From the NCBI RefSeq assembly GCF_008831285.2, contig NC_045138.2, positions 21,390,001-21,454,000 of the forward strand: a stretch of DNA of 64,000 bases. Direction: 5' to 3'. Shown one piece after another: positions 50,283 through 62,127 of this stretch; within the stretch, counting starts at the first letter, position 1; every line of letters starts with the position of its first letter. Below the pieces are notes generated by a model. It ran no database searches. It worked only from the letters and a program-made list of their open reading frames with translations, and had not been told where the DNA came from. Source of the stretch: Nymphaea colorata (taxonomy: Eukaryota). Position numbers and translations under genes: made by a program.

Positions 50283-51610
50283 ATGAGAGAGTCGGAGAAG
50301 AAAGCAAAGGAGGATAAAAAAAAGAAGAGGAGCAGAAAGAGTGCTTGATTGCGCGTGGAGATGGCTATGGCGATTGAGTTTAACGCAAAAACTGGACGGC
50401 GACTTCCATCGCTTTGGCCGTCACCGTCTTTCTTTTAATTATCTTTTTCCTCCAAATCTTCCTAAACGCACCTGAAATTTTGGCAGTAATTAAAAACGCA
50501 CTTAATTTTTTGATATTTCTAAGGAGACACAATTAAACTTTTTATAATTGACACTTGACAGTTGAAAAGGCAAGGCGCTCCTTCTTTACCCTTGCTTTAG
50601 GTATCGGGTTAGTTCCTACCAACTACTTACTTTAGATCCTAGCTCAGGCCGGGTTAAGATAAAAAGTTTTATTTGTAATATAAAATAATATACAAATATA
50701 ATTATGATTATATATAATAAATATTAAAAGTAAGTTATCAAGCCAAATTGAATCGATTCCGGTCAACCTAGGCCAAGCCCGACAATTTATCTACCTTTCT
50801 CGGTGCTCAAATTTTTGAGCACGAGTCTCAACTCCAGTCGGATCAAGTACTGGATACCCATCAAATATTTGATTTTTCAACCTTATGTAGGTAGGATTTA
50901 CGGTTGAATCTAAATAGTCATATGATATACCCTTCAATTCAAATGTCACACATGCTGTTGTACAAAGTGAAAAAAATAAAATCATTAATGTAACATAAAA
51001 AATGGTCAGTTATGCTATATCCCTCAAGATAGTTTTTCACGGTTAATTCAAGAAGTCTTACAAGTTCAATTGTTTGGGTCAAGTTAAGTATTAAACAAGT
51101 GAAAATTTAGTACTTTCACATACAACATTTATCAATAATAATGGTATAAACAAAGAAGTGAACTGAACATGAAGTAGCGAACCGTACGCTGAGGGTATAA
51201 TAATCATTTGCTTAGGTAAGTGACAATTATAGAAGATTATTTTTAACTGATGATGTAAAACTTGGATATCCTTCCAATAATATAAAAAAGTTAGGTATAT
51301 TTTCCGCAAACCTTTCAAGTGTACTTTTGAAAATTTCATTGAAAAGTTTCTTTAAGCAAACCCCCTTTTCCTTATAATTGTTAAAGCAACCTTGACCTTT
51401 CGGTTTTTCTTTAAGGACTTCCTTTTTTTTTTTTCCTTTTCGTTAATAACTGCCAAATTTGTAAGTCTTGTTTCGCTTCTTTCATTTCTTCTTCACATTA
51501 CACATCCTTTGTGGAATCCAATTGTCTGTCACTTCAGCCCACTGTAAAAATGACAATTATAGACCATTATAATGTAATAATGAAAAGTATATCCTTTCTA
51601 TCTTATGGAG

Positions 51611-51739
51611 CCAAGCTAGAAAAATAACAAACATTTTATTTCTTTCTCCATAAAACTGACTTAGCATAGTTGATCCAAGCTAGAAAAATAACAAACATTT
51701 TATTTCTTTCTCCATAAAACTGACTTAGCATAGTTGATC
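51611..51739. repeat. Perfect tandem duplication, 2 x 64 bp
   Basis: ccaagctagaaaaataacaaacattttatttctttctccataaaactgacttagcatagttgat occurs twice. Confidence 0.93.
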
Positions 51740-52524
51740 GGATTGATGGATAGGTCATGAGCACGTCATCCATTCGATTCCCATGGGCGTTGGAACTCTC
51801 TTTCTCCTTTCTTTTCCGTGGGATACAACGGGACTCCGTTGGATGCACCGACTAAAGCTGACATGTCAAGATGTGAGCCATCCATGTAAGCTAGGGGAAG
51901 GGGGAGTCGCTTTCATTGGTTTCATGATTTAGGAGATCTTGAGGGATATTTTGTGGGGAGATTGTTCTTTACAAGATGAGCAATGATGGAGGTGTGACTT
52001 GGGTGTGATTGATCCCTTCTTTTTTTTTCCCCACTTCACTTCTTCATCAGCTTTCTCTTTTTGGTAGATTATGTCTCATGGTAGATTATGTCTCATGGCT
52101 TGGCTTGGCTCCTGTGGATGTAAAACTGCTTGGGTTCGGGTCGGATCTTTCTTTTGTGATGTTGGACTTAGTAAAATCTTAATGATCAGGGCAACAAATC
52201 CAGGTTTGATAGAGGTAAGGTTCCAACTTTACGAATTTGGATTTGGATTCAGTCACCTAACCATGTACCAGTCATTCTTACTCCCTTTTCTTTATGGATC
52301 TGATTAAATGGATATGATTTCAGGTTGGTGATCAGATCTTACTGGCCCATTGACATCTGCCGACCACCTACAGCAATGGGTCGTCAATTCAATATCGGAT
52401 CCGTTCCGTTACCGATCTACATCCCAGTTTGGTCAGTTGAACCACGTAGACAGGAAAAGACCTTGTAATTAATCAAATTAGAGTCAGGATGGGAAATGAC
52501 AGTGAAAGGTTCAACACAAGTGAT

Positions 52525-52950
52525 TTGGGGTGAACAACAAGTCGAACTCGAACTCTAGCTCGACTCATTAAAGGTAGGCTCATGAAGAAGTTTGAGCCGA
52601 GTTTTGCTTAACGAGTTGAGCTTGAGTTCATGAGTCGACTCGTTCAAATACTCGAGTTGAGTTCGACCTCAACACATAACTGTCGAGTCGAACTCGAGCC
52701 TTAATCGAGTTTGTCGAACCTTAATTGAGTCGAGCTCAAACTCAACATGTAACGATCAATTATAGTCAAAAGAGTTTGTCGAGCCTTAATCGAGTCGAGC
52801 TCGAAATCAACACGTAATTGTCGACTCGAGCTCCAGCTGCTTCCGTCGAGCTATTCTCAAGCTCGAGCCGAGTCGAGTTCGAGGTTTCGTTAGTAGAGCC
52901 GAGCTCGAGCTGACTGAACTCGGGCTCGACTCAGCTCGTGTTCACCCCTA
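52525..52950. mobile_element. hAT-type MITE (426 bp) filled with TCGAG/CTCGA subterminal repeats
   Basis: TIRs are T(T)GGGGTGAACA / TGTTCACCCCTA. The 8-bp TSD is CAAGTGAT (52517-52524) / CAAGTGAG (52951-52958). Confidence 0.85.
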
Positions 52951-53792
52951 CAAGTGAGAGAGGTCGGAAAGATATCCGATGAGGCCGAAGCTCCTTCCCT
53001 TGCTCTGGAGACCCAGGGTTATTTTGAAATCTAGGTGAGAAGCACATACCCATCAAGTAAGCTGGGGTCTATTAAGCATGGAAAATACATGCATGTTCAA
53101 TCGCACTTGAATACTTATGTTCCCACATGAAACAAAGTTTAATTTCACCACTGATCCATTTAAACTTGTTCTAGACCCTAATCCAGATAAAATCTAAAGG
53201 ATGAAACTTGGACATACCAAGATCCAGCAACCCGAAACCAAACCAACTAGCCGAGCCAAGCCGAGCTGGGCTGAGTCGAGCCGAGCGGAGCCAGGGACGG
53301 AAGAGTGAGGGCCACACTTTGAGGAATTGATGAATTAAGAGACAAAAAGACTTTAGCAGCATGCTTGGGCTGCTAAAAGAGAGAGGATCTAAATCACCTT
53401 TTTGGGTGTGTCTTAATTGGTTCGGTCCTAGTTGGACGGTCCTTGTCATTGTGGGGGGAGGGCCGGAGTGAGGGGTCGGTCGGGTGGGTCCGTCCTGCCC
53501 TACCTATTCAAACACCACCCGATCATGCGCCCTCATTGCCTTTCTATTTTATTACTCCTACATTCTCTTTCCCCATTCCCTCTATTATAAAAGCAGCACA
53601 GCAAAGGAAGAAAGACAAATCGTCACATAGAAGATGAACACGGATGCATGCTTTTGTGTGCTACACACAATCAGGATTCTTTCCTATGTTACATGCACAC
53701 TTTTATAATTTGAATGACCAAAGGAAGTGATTAGAATATAGTTAGTACAGTTTTGCCTGTTTGGGATATGAGAGAAGATTTTGAGACAGCAA

Positions 53793-53985
53793 TTTTTTTT
53801 TTTTTTTGCGCTGATTGAGAGAGCTTGACAGTGGAGACCATGCTTTATCATGTGGACCCGGGCGGTTGGCGCGGCGGGGTCGATGTGGGGCTGCTGGGTG
53901 GGCAGGCGTGACTTCTATCACCATGGCCCCGGAGCTCTCTATGGCACCCAACCTGAGTAACTAGACCACTAATGCTACCGGCCGC
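53793..53985 (-). mobile_element. SINE-like element with a tRNA-like head and an A15 tail
   Basis: The minus strand begins GCGGCCGGTAGCATTAGTGGTCTAG (box A-like), has a GC-rich body and ends in A15 (T run 53793-53807). There is no clean box B or TSD. Confidence 0.45.
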
Positions 53986-55302
53986 TTTAGGTTTAGGGTA
54001 AGAAGGCAAGATCATGTTGTTAGATTTTCAGCAGCCGAACGGCGTCTGTGATCGCTCTGAGTCTGTGCAACAGGTTCACCAGCGGCATCTCCAGTGTAAG
54101 AGGCAACAACTGTGATAGATAGAGAAGGAGAGGAAGAAGCACAAGAGAAAACAAGGTTAGGCTAGTTTCATGGGTTTGCTTTTGAGAGGCACCGGGTAAT
54201 CTCACAATTAACCTTAAGTTGAAATTAGCTGGGCTTTTAGACCGTCTTTCAGGGTTCTCGATGCCCAGCAACGGGCAAAGAGATTTGTGGAAAGATAAAT
54301 GGTAACAAATAAACTTTGATTTTGCTTAATGAAGATCTTTTATTTGGAAATCAGTTTTCTAATTTAATCTCGTAACTGCAAGTAGGCCCTCTTGTAGTGT
54401 AGTTACAAGATGAAGAAATGGGGCTAAGGCCACTATCCAATACATGTTTAGTAGCAAAAACACTTGTGGGCTTGTGTTGGCAATTGCCCATATTGACCCA
54501 CAAAAATTACTAGTGTACAAACTAAAGTCTCGTACCCCTTTGCTTATCTATTTACTTATTTATATACAAGTGTTCTTTAGAAAATCATTTTTTGCATGCT
54601 TTGTCCCCTGATCGGAAAATTTCTAGTTCTACCATTGATTTTATTAGTTTCTATTAACGCAATGATCCTTGTTTGCAAATCATACTCTCAATGTAGATCT
54701 AGCTATTTGACGATAGTAACAGGTTATTACTCTTTCATGAATCTATTATCAATAATTGAGATAGATTCATAAAATTTTGTCACACAGTGTTTCATGAATC
54801 TACTCTAATAAAAAAATAACAACGTAGTCCAACGACCCTTAGTTCAGGTTTGTGTCCTTTTGTTGGCGTGTTCTTGTCAAAGAGATTTTTTAGATAGACG
54901 TTCTAGATCTAAAGGTAGGGGTCCCAGCCCACTTTACCAGCTTGACATTGAGGTTTGTCCAGCAGCACACTTCTTTTCATCTGCAATTGAGGCAGCAGGT
55001 GAGCTGGCCAATGAGGAAGCGACACATCATTCGACTACAATGTGGGGCCGCTCGATATATATCTCTCTCTCTCCCCCTTCCTTCTTCTTTCCTTGATTTG
55101 GCCGTCATTGTGATAAGGACCCTTTTGGCTTTTTTGGTGCCACAGGAGGACACCAACCCCACCTGGAAGAGAGGGTGCTTCTCTTGGACGGTCTGGTTTT
55201 CTTAGTGGACTTGGTTGATCAAAGACAGCGATTGCATGCACCCCTTCCTTCCAACACCACCCCCTCTCCCCACATGAGGTGCATGTACAGCATTAAAGAT
55301 TG

Positions 55303-55306
<4 letters not shown>

Positions 55307-55395
<89 letters not shown>
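55307..55395. repeat. Compound (CT)n(AT)n microsatellite
   Basis: Seen directly. Confidence 0.95.
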
Positions 55396-55397
<2 letters not shown>

Positions 55398-55592
55398 TCT
55401 CTCCACCAAATGTGTTGTTTAAGAATCATTTTTGAACCCTTAAGAAATATATCAGATGGCATCCTTTTTTGTAATGTAAACTGTTATATGTACTTGTGTC
55501 TTGTGTAATGTCCCACCCAGGTCCCAAAGTAGCCATAGACCATGGGGGCTTGGGAAAAGGGGGAGAGCTTCAGCCAGCAGCTCCTGCATACT

Positions 55593-56058
55593 CACATCAT
55601 CCAACCCGATCCACTCTCGAGCTCGGGTCTCTGGTTCGACGGGTCCTAACTCGTCTCCTAGCAGTTTCGGCTCCAATCCTAAAAAGGTTAGGAACCAGGA
55701 CAATCATTTCATTAATAGCCTCCCATTATAAGCCATTGAAGATCCCTCACAATCTTCGATACGGGACTAAACTTCTGGGGTGTTACAATCCACCTCCCTT
55801 AAGGTACACGCGTCCGCGTGTGTGGGACCCCAAGTCCGAGTGTTGAAACTGCTCTGATACCACTATAACAACCCACCCGACCCACTTTCGAGCTCGGGTC
55901 TCTGGTTCGACGGATCCCAACATGCCTCCTAACAGTTTCAGCTTCAATCCTAAAAAGGCTAGGAACCAAGACAATCATCTCATTAATAGCCTCCCATTAT
56001 AAGCCCTTGAAGATCCCTCACAATCTTCGATACGAGACTAAACTTCTGGGGTGTTACA
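55593..56058 (-). mobile_element. TRIM (terminal-repeat retrotransposon in miniature)
   Basis: Two ~195-bp direct repeats (55593-55787 and 55864-56058, offset 271) start TGTAACACCCC on the minus strand. The PBS TGGTATCAGAGC (tRNA-iMet type) is at 55862-55851 and the PPT AGGGAGGTGGAT is at about 55799-55788. The interior is 76 bp and non-coding. Confidence 0.92.
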
Positions 56059-57676
56059 GATTTTGATGCAAAAACCATGTTCCTATCACTATGGAGGTAA
56101 AAATATAAAAAGGAGGTAAAAAATATAAAAAAGGATAGATATCAAAAAGTAAAATTGACTTTGTTTCTTAAGGATCCTTTTGAGTTAGTGATAAATACAC
56201 TTAAGGCATATGTTCGAGTCTGTATGACAACGTATAATGAGAGTCATCTAAATCTTAGACACGCAGTCATGAGATGCGGTCTCATGCACACCAATGCGTT
56301 TTTTTGGGATAAAAGGATCTATCATGGCATTCAGTCAAACGTTTGCATTAGGAGATTGATCGAATCATCTTCTTTTTATATTCGATATTCAATTCTAATG
56401 TGTCACGCATGAAACCATTCTCTTCTAAACACTTATTCTGAGTCAAACAGTTGATGTCACTGACATTCACATCCCAAGCTATATAGTCTTTCATTTTGGA
56501 AGATCCAACACCTGCTGAATTATGAGGTGCATATCTCTCACTTCATGTCCATGTTCATGTCATGTTCATGTTCTTGATTTCTCAGACAGATAACCATGAT
56601 AATAGTATGAGAACTGTAATGTTAACTGTAATCTTTTTGGTTAGAATGAAGTAATGTGTTGGTTACCATTTTTGTTATGAAAAGAACTGCTTGTTTCTAT
56701 TGACAAAATTTGCTGGGAGAGAAATGAAATGGTAAATGTACAAGAGAAAGACAGAATATTACGGCTGGCAGAAACTCAGTAATGTAAAACTGGTAACCAG
56801 ATTTTCCCGAGGGTGGAGAGATCGAAAGATGGATATAGCAAACACAAAAAGTTGCAGGAAACAGAGTAGGAAGACAATATGACATTCAATGTGTTTATAT
56901 TGGAAGATATACTGCCAAGTTAGTTATAAATCGATTACACATATACTGACAAGATGGCCATATAAAAATATCCATATTTGTTGACAATTTTAATTCTGTT
57001 CAGTTGGCACTAAGAGTTGTCGTCTCAACAGTAAATCTGCATTGGAGCATCCACTTCTTAAAGGGAATCCACATGCAAAAGATGATTACACTCAAGGGTA
57101 AATGTCCCAGAGTTATTGACTATAAGAATGAATTACTAATTTCCTAATTATTAATAGCCAAATATAAAGTGATTACTGTAAACTAGTTTCAGTAGAAGCT
57201 GCGTGCAATTAGGAATGCCCAGGCAAAGATCAACACAACATATATTTTAAATTATAAATGTTTGGTTCATTGAAGTGAATCACACTTGCATAATCTCATC
57301 AATCAAGAGTAAGATGGGGGCTCCGAACATCACACATGGGTTATAGGCTTATAGCTTTAATGGGGAGGTCCCGCTTGATCAGCAAAAGTCATTTCTAGTT
57401 GCTGCTTTCCCAGCATGAGCCCCCGGCTTTCTTTTTCAATCAGAGAAAAATGAGGAGTCGTGCCACAGACCTTTGACAGAAATGGAACAAAGGTTCCAAA
57501 GATGTGTTTACATTGATGACTGCTTGATCCGACAACTTTGCACAAATTTGAGCACGAGAAGTTGAAATTTCTGCTCGGTAAGGTTGGCAACAGTCTATCA
57601 CGCTAAAAGTTATCTATCAATATGCTACTGTTCGCATATACAGCAATATGCCCAATTTCAAAAAGAACACTACATT

Positions 57677-60600
57677 TTATGCAGCTAAGTTCACCTGCCC
57701 ATAATGATCATTATGGCGCAGAACGAGTTTTAGACCCTTGGCACCCTCAGTAAACACCTTCTTCTTCAAGGAGCTCCTCGCAGGTTGATGGTGACTCTCC
57801 TTTAATCCATGCAGACCGTCTAAGCTGGACCAAGTTGGTCCTCTTGGAGTGCTTTCTAGCCACAAGAATCTCTCTGAGTATGGGTTTACCAGACTCTCGC
57901 AAAATTCCTCTGGAGTCTCGCATATCAGTCCCTAAAAGAATCAGAAGTTTCAAAAAATAAGCACATAATCAGATAAAGATAGAGATTCCTCTGGAGTCTC
58001 GCATCAGTCCCTAAAAGAATCAGAAGTTTCAAAAATAAGCACATAATCAGATAAAGATAGAAAAAAACACCACGAAGAAATTTATTCTTTTTTTACCTCT
58101 GCCATGGCCTTAATTCTTAGACCAACTTCTTTTGTTAGAAGGATGAGCTGCCCATCCGTCTTGAGTCTCTTGAAGAGGAGGGCGCATTCAAGAATGTGAT
58201 CTTCAGCAGTCGGTGAAACTATCTCTGCAAAGCTTCCATAACTGGAAAATGAGATCTGGCTAGCAGTAAGGAAACTCATCGCATTGCAGCCACTAGATTC
58301 GCTGCCTCCTTGATTCAGTTGCAGGTGAGGAGACACTGGAGGGGTTGCTGACACCGGGAAGCATTCACCAGAGCTCTGCACATGAATCCACCAGCTCATT
58401 TTGACCATGCATTGCTCTATCCATTGCATCACAACAGAAGCCTCTGATTCTTTTCTAAATCTGCTTGCTCGGTGTTTAAGACTATCTAATTCCCGAACAA
58501 CTGGACCAAAGCCATTAGAAAACAAGCACAACATAAATCAATTAAGAAAGAAGAACAATAAACATTATGGAAGTAACTAATGTGATACTGAAATGCGAGT
58601 TTCAGAATTTGGTTTCTTTACCCATTCTTGGAATAATAAGTTGAGTCCCCTTGAGACCTTCCATTAGTTTCAGTGACCTTCTGGATTGTGCATTGAGTAA
58701 GCAACTTGTATCAACCACCATGTACCATTTCTTTTTTGCTGCCGCCCCCACAGTATCAGACTCTTGATGACTAAAAGACTGAATACGTATCCCGATCAGT
58801 TAGCTTTATCATTCGACAGTTAAAGATGCTGGCAAATAAAAATAAACAAGGTTCAGGACCTTCAGGTTCAATTATATGCTTACCACAGAAGAACAACTGA
58901 TTTCGTTGCTGATTCTTTTTTTATTTGAGATATTGAAAGTTCCTGATGCATTATTGATGATCGGCGAGTGTTCGACACCTCCAGGTGAACTAAGGAGCAA
59001 ATTTTGGAATGGTACTCTTTCTTCCTGCCTTCTTTTTAGGATCATCTCCTCTTTGAACTTTGACGAAGTCTTGGCCCTCGACTTCAGAACTTGAGAAGAT
59101 TTTGGGGTAACATTCTCTTTGTCACATGGAAACATGCCTTCCATAATGGAGTCGCTGTGAGCAGATGAAGGTGAACCACACAGCCACTCCAACTTCATAT
59201 CGTGTTTAGCGGTTGCAAGCTGTCTTATGTTATTGGCTTTCATTGTTGAATTTTCAGACGTAAGCTTCCCTCTTGACTTCAAGATACTGACTGATGGAGT
59301 GTGTGGAGTCATGTTCTCCTTATCCGACAGGAATACATCTTCCATATCAAGACAACCACGAAAAAATGGAGATGATCCTGGCAACCTGTTACGCTTATCT
59401 TGCTCTTCAACACTTTTAAGTGTTCCACTGTTTCTCTCATCATCTAGATCACCATACTCAAGTCTCCTGCTTGATTTTAGAACACGGGAAGGAATCTGAT
59501 GGGTGGAATTCTCTTTATCTGATACGAAGGTATCTTCCCTACCGGACTTTGTGATTCTAGCGCTTAAAGGTGATCGGCCTAAAGGTGATGGCTGGAACTG
59601 ATGCCGCTTTGTGCCCTGTTCAGCAGTTACAGCTATCTTCTTGTTATTTGATTCGGCCAAGCATCCACCTGTGGCTTTGTTATTTGTTTTTGGAATCAAA
59701 TTCACTAGATCTGAAGAGCAAGACTTCCTCTCTTCCTCAACACTTTGATAACCTGAGCCACAGTAAAGCCCTTCTAACATTGCTCCACAACCATGGTCTG
59801 GGGTTGCAGGAGCATTCCAATTCCTGAGTATGGCATTATCTGGTTGAAGACCATGGGGATCTTCTTCCCCCACATTTGATTCTGAAATGCATTGGAGAGT
59901 TTGTGGAGAGAAGCTTTTCTTATTTGGTAGTAACAAGTCTTCATCTTCGTTAGAACTAATGATGGAGCCGTAAGGAACTCCCTGCACCACATGCCATTCC
60001 TTTGTTTCCAGGAAGACATTGACAGTAGTACTGTTCTCCCAACCTCCCATTTCTATATCATCAGAAGCGACGAATTCATTGGTTCCACGATTTTCTTTCT
60101 CCAAATCAAATTCTTCCTCTTGGTTGTCGATTATATCCGTGCTAACTTCGTTTTTTTCTTGGTGGATGAATATAGCATCAGCTCCTAGCTCCAGATTAGT
60201 GATCTCAGCATACAAGGCCATGTCAAGCCCTTCGTCGCTCTCTTTATTTGGCATTAGCGTGTTTTCCTCTTCAAAAGAACTACCGATGCATGAGTCAGGA
60301 GGAAGTACCTGCTTGCTGCCGCATGCCATATCTTCTGACGAAACATCCAGAGCAGTCGTGTTCTCCCAGACTCTGACTTCGTCATCATTAGAACCAACGA
60401 GCAAATTGGTGGTTGGATTCTCTTTATCCAAATTAACTTCTACTTGGCTGGCGATTATGTCCATGATCATTTCGTTCTTAGCATGATCGATGACTGCAGC
60501 AGCTTTGCTTTCTAGATTAGTAATCTCAGCATAGCAGAGCATGTCAAGCCCTTTGTCCCTCTTCGTGTGCTTACGCAGATGAGGTGCACTTGAAGACATG

Positions 60601-61436
60601 CACCTTCTGCTCCAAAGATTCACGGTTCCTTGCTGCTCCATAGTCTCACTGCTCTGTCGTCCATGATTTCCTTTCCTGGATGTTGTGCTACTGATTGGTG
60701 ACCCTGGTAATGAAGGGTATAAACCTTCGGACTTCAATGGAGGTGCCGATGGACATTGATTTTGTTTATCGATATCAAGAAGGATGCCACTCCCTTCGTT
60801 CTGAATCAAAAACATTAACACAAAAATATATGATTCACGAATGACGGGAATGCTGAAGAAAGGGGCTAAAGAACTCAAGACTTTGTCAGATGGGCACCTC
60901 CTGGTTTTGGGAAATGGACGATAATACGTCATCTTGTTCTTTCTCTAGGTCAAAAATCGATGACACCCATTTCAGCTTATACATCCTTGTTGAACCTCCC
61001 AACTTCAGAACGTCTCCTTCTTCAACTTGCACGGAAACTTGGGGTGTCATCTTTCGTCCCGAAACCATTGTCCCATGAACTGCAGATCAGCATGATCTTT
61101 TCTCATAAATTTCTCATTATCAGAAAGAAAACCAATAAATTATATTGGTATGGCAAGAAAGTGAAAAGATTGAGCACCTGAAGATTGATCAGTCACCCAA
61201 AGCTTCTTGGAAGATTCATTAATCTTGAGTTGAAGATGGTACCGGCTGATGCTAGGGTGCTCTAACACAATATCACAATCTGGGTGGCGCCCAACCATCA
61301 TAATCACGTCTTCTTGGCTACGTTCAGCCTCTGAAACAGGTGCTCTGCTGAGGATGATGTTCTTCACATGAGCTCCATTCTTGAAGACAGTGAAAACAGG
61401 GATCATTTTGCCTCTTTCTTCTTCTTTTTGGTCCAT
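57677..61436 (-). CDS. PS1: FHA domain + C-terminal PIN domain protein, PARALLEL SPINDLE 1-like, 6 exons, about 1057 aa
   Basis: Exons: 61436-61178, 61079-60898, 60800-58884, 58778-58622, 58500-58097, 57931-57677 (3174 nt). FHA: IPVFTVFKNG...VGRHPDCDIVLEHPSISRYHL...DQSSVHGT...LGGSTRMYKL. PIN: KKWYMVVDTSCLL...LEGLKGT-like...PRMVVRELD...EDHILECAL...IKAMAEGLICET. C-terminus: SLVNPYSERFLW..S.PRGPTWS and AKGLKLVL.HN.HYG. Confidence 0.93.
57904..58061. repeat. Tandem duplication (2 x ~80 bp) spanning the last intron/exon junction of PS1
   Basis: attcctctggagtctcgca(ta)tcagtccctaaaagaatcagaagtttcaaaaa(a)taagcacataatcagataaagataga occurs at 57904 and 57985. Confidence 0.93.
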
Positions 61437-61593
61437 AGTGGAAGCAGATCTTCTCTCGGGGTTTCGTCTTCTTCTTCTTCTTCCTTCACTTCAAATTTTC
61501 GAGCTAGAAAACCACCTTGGCAAGAGAGGAGGCATCAAGAAAGGCAACAAATTTTGAGACATGGCTAGCGGTGAGCTCGTGGTTTTCCCTGTT

Positions 61594-61680
61594 ATTTCAA
61601 ATCGCTCAAAAGATAGAGATCCGTTTCTGCAACGGCCATTTTTTTGAACGAACGGCGGGTCACGAGCAATCACCTAACGG
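61594..61680. promoter_or_regulatory. Cluster of MSA-like (AACGG) elements upstream of PS1
   Basis: CCGTT at 61621-25 and AACGG at 61631-35, 61651-55 and 61676-80 (CCTAACGG), about 185-245 bp upstream of the ATG. TTTCAAA (reverse TTTGAAA) is at about 61595. Confidence 0.6.
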
Positions 61681-62127
61681 GCAGCACTCAAAATTTTCTC
61701 ATCAAATCCTCGATTCTTTATGACAATGTCATAAATGACCAATTTATGTCATTTTCCCTACCCTCGTCTTTTTCTTTATATAATATTGCCAAACGTTCTT
61801 TTCTTTTTCCTAATTTATTTTATTCATATTGAATTTACATGTTCGCGTGCTGGCCTTTGATTTCAAATTAATGAATCAAACAGTTCCTCACGAATCATAA
61901 GTGTCAAACAACCAACAGCAACGTTGAAATTTGTTAACATTTGGGAGGCATTTGATTACTCCATATTTGAAAACCATGGATTTGGATTTGATGTTGATGT
62001 AACATAGCACGGCGCGTGGGGGCTTGTGTGAGCAATTGTCCATACAGTCCCACAAATTTTTTTTTCTTTTTTCTTTTTTTTTTTTACATTGGCGGTCACC
62101 AATAATTACTAATGCATATGTATATCC

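Noticed and set aside
50900..51900. Mutator-like TIR element upstream of the NAC gene
   Set aside because: Some MULE-like words are present, but I could not pair TIRs or find a TSD.
52525..52950. CRISPR-like repeat array
   Set aside because: The repeats are short, irregular palindromes inside a TIR/TSD-bounded MITE. There are no unique spacers or cas genes, and the DNA is eukaryotic.
60019..60486. 155-aa plus-strand ORF
   Set aside because: It is the antisense shadow of PS1 exon 3.
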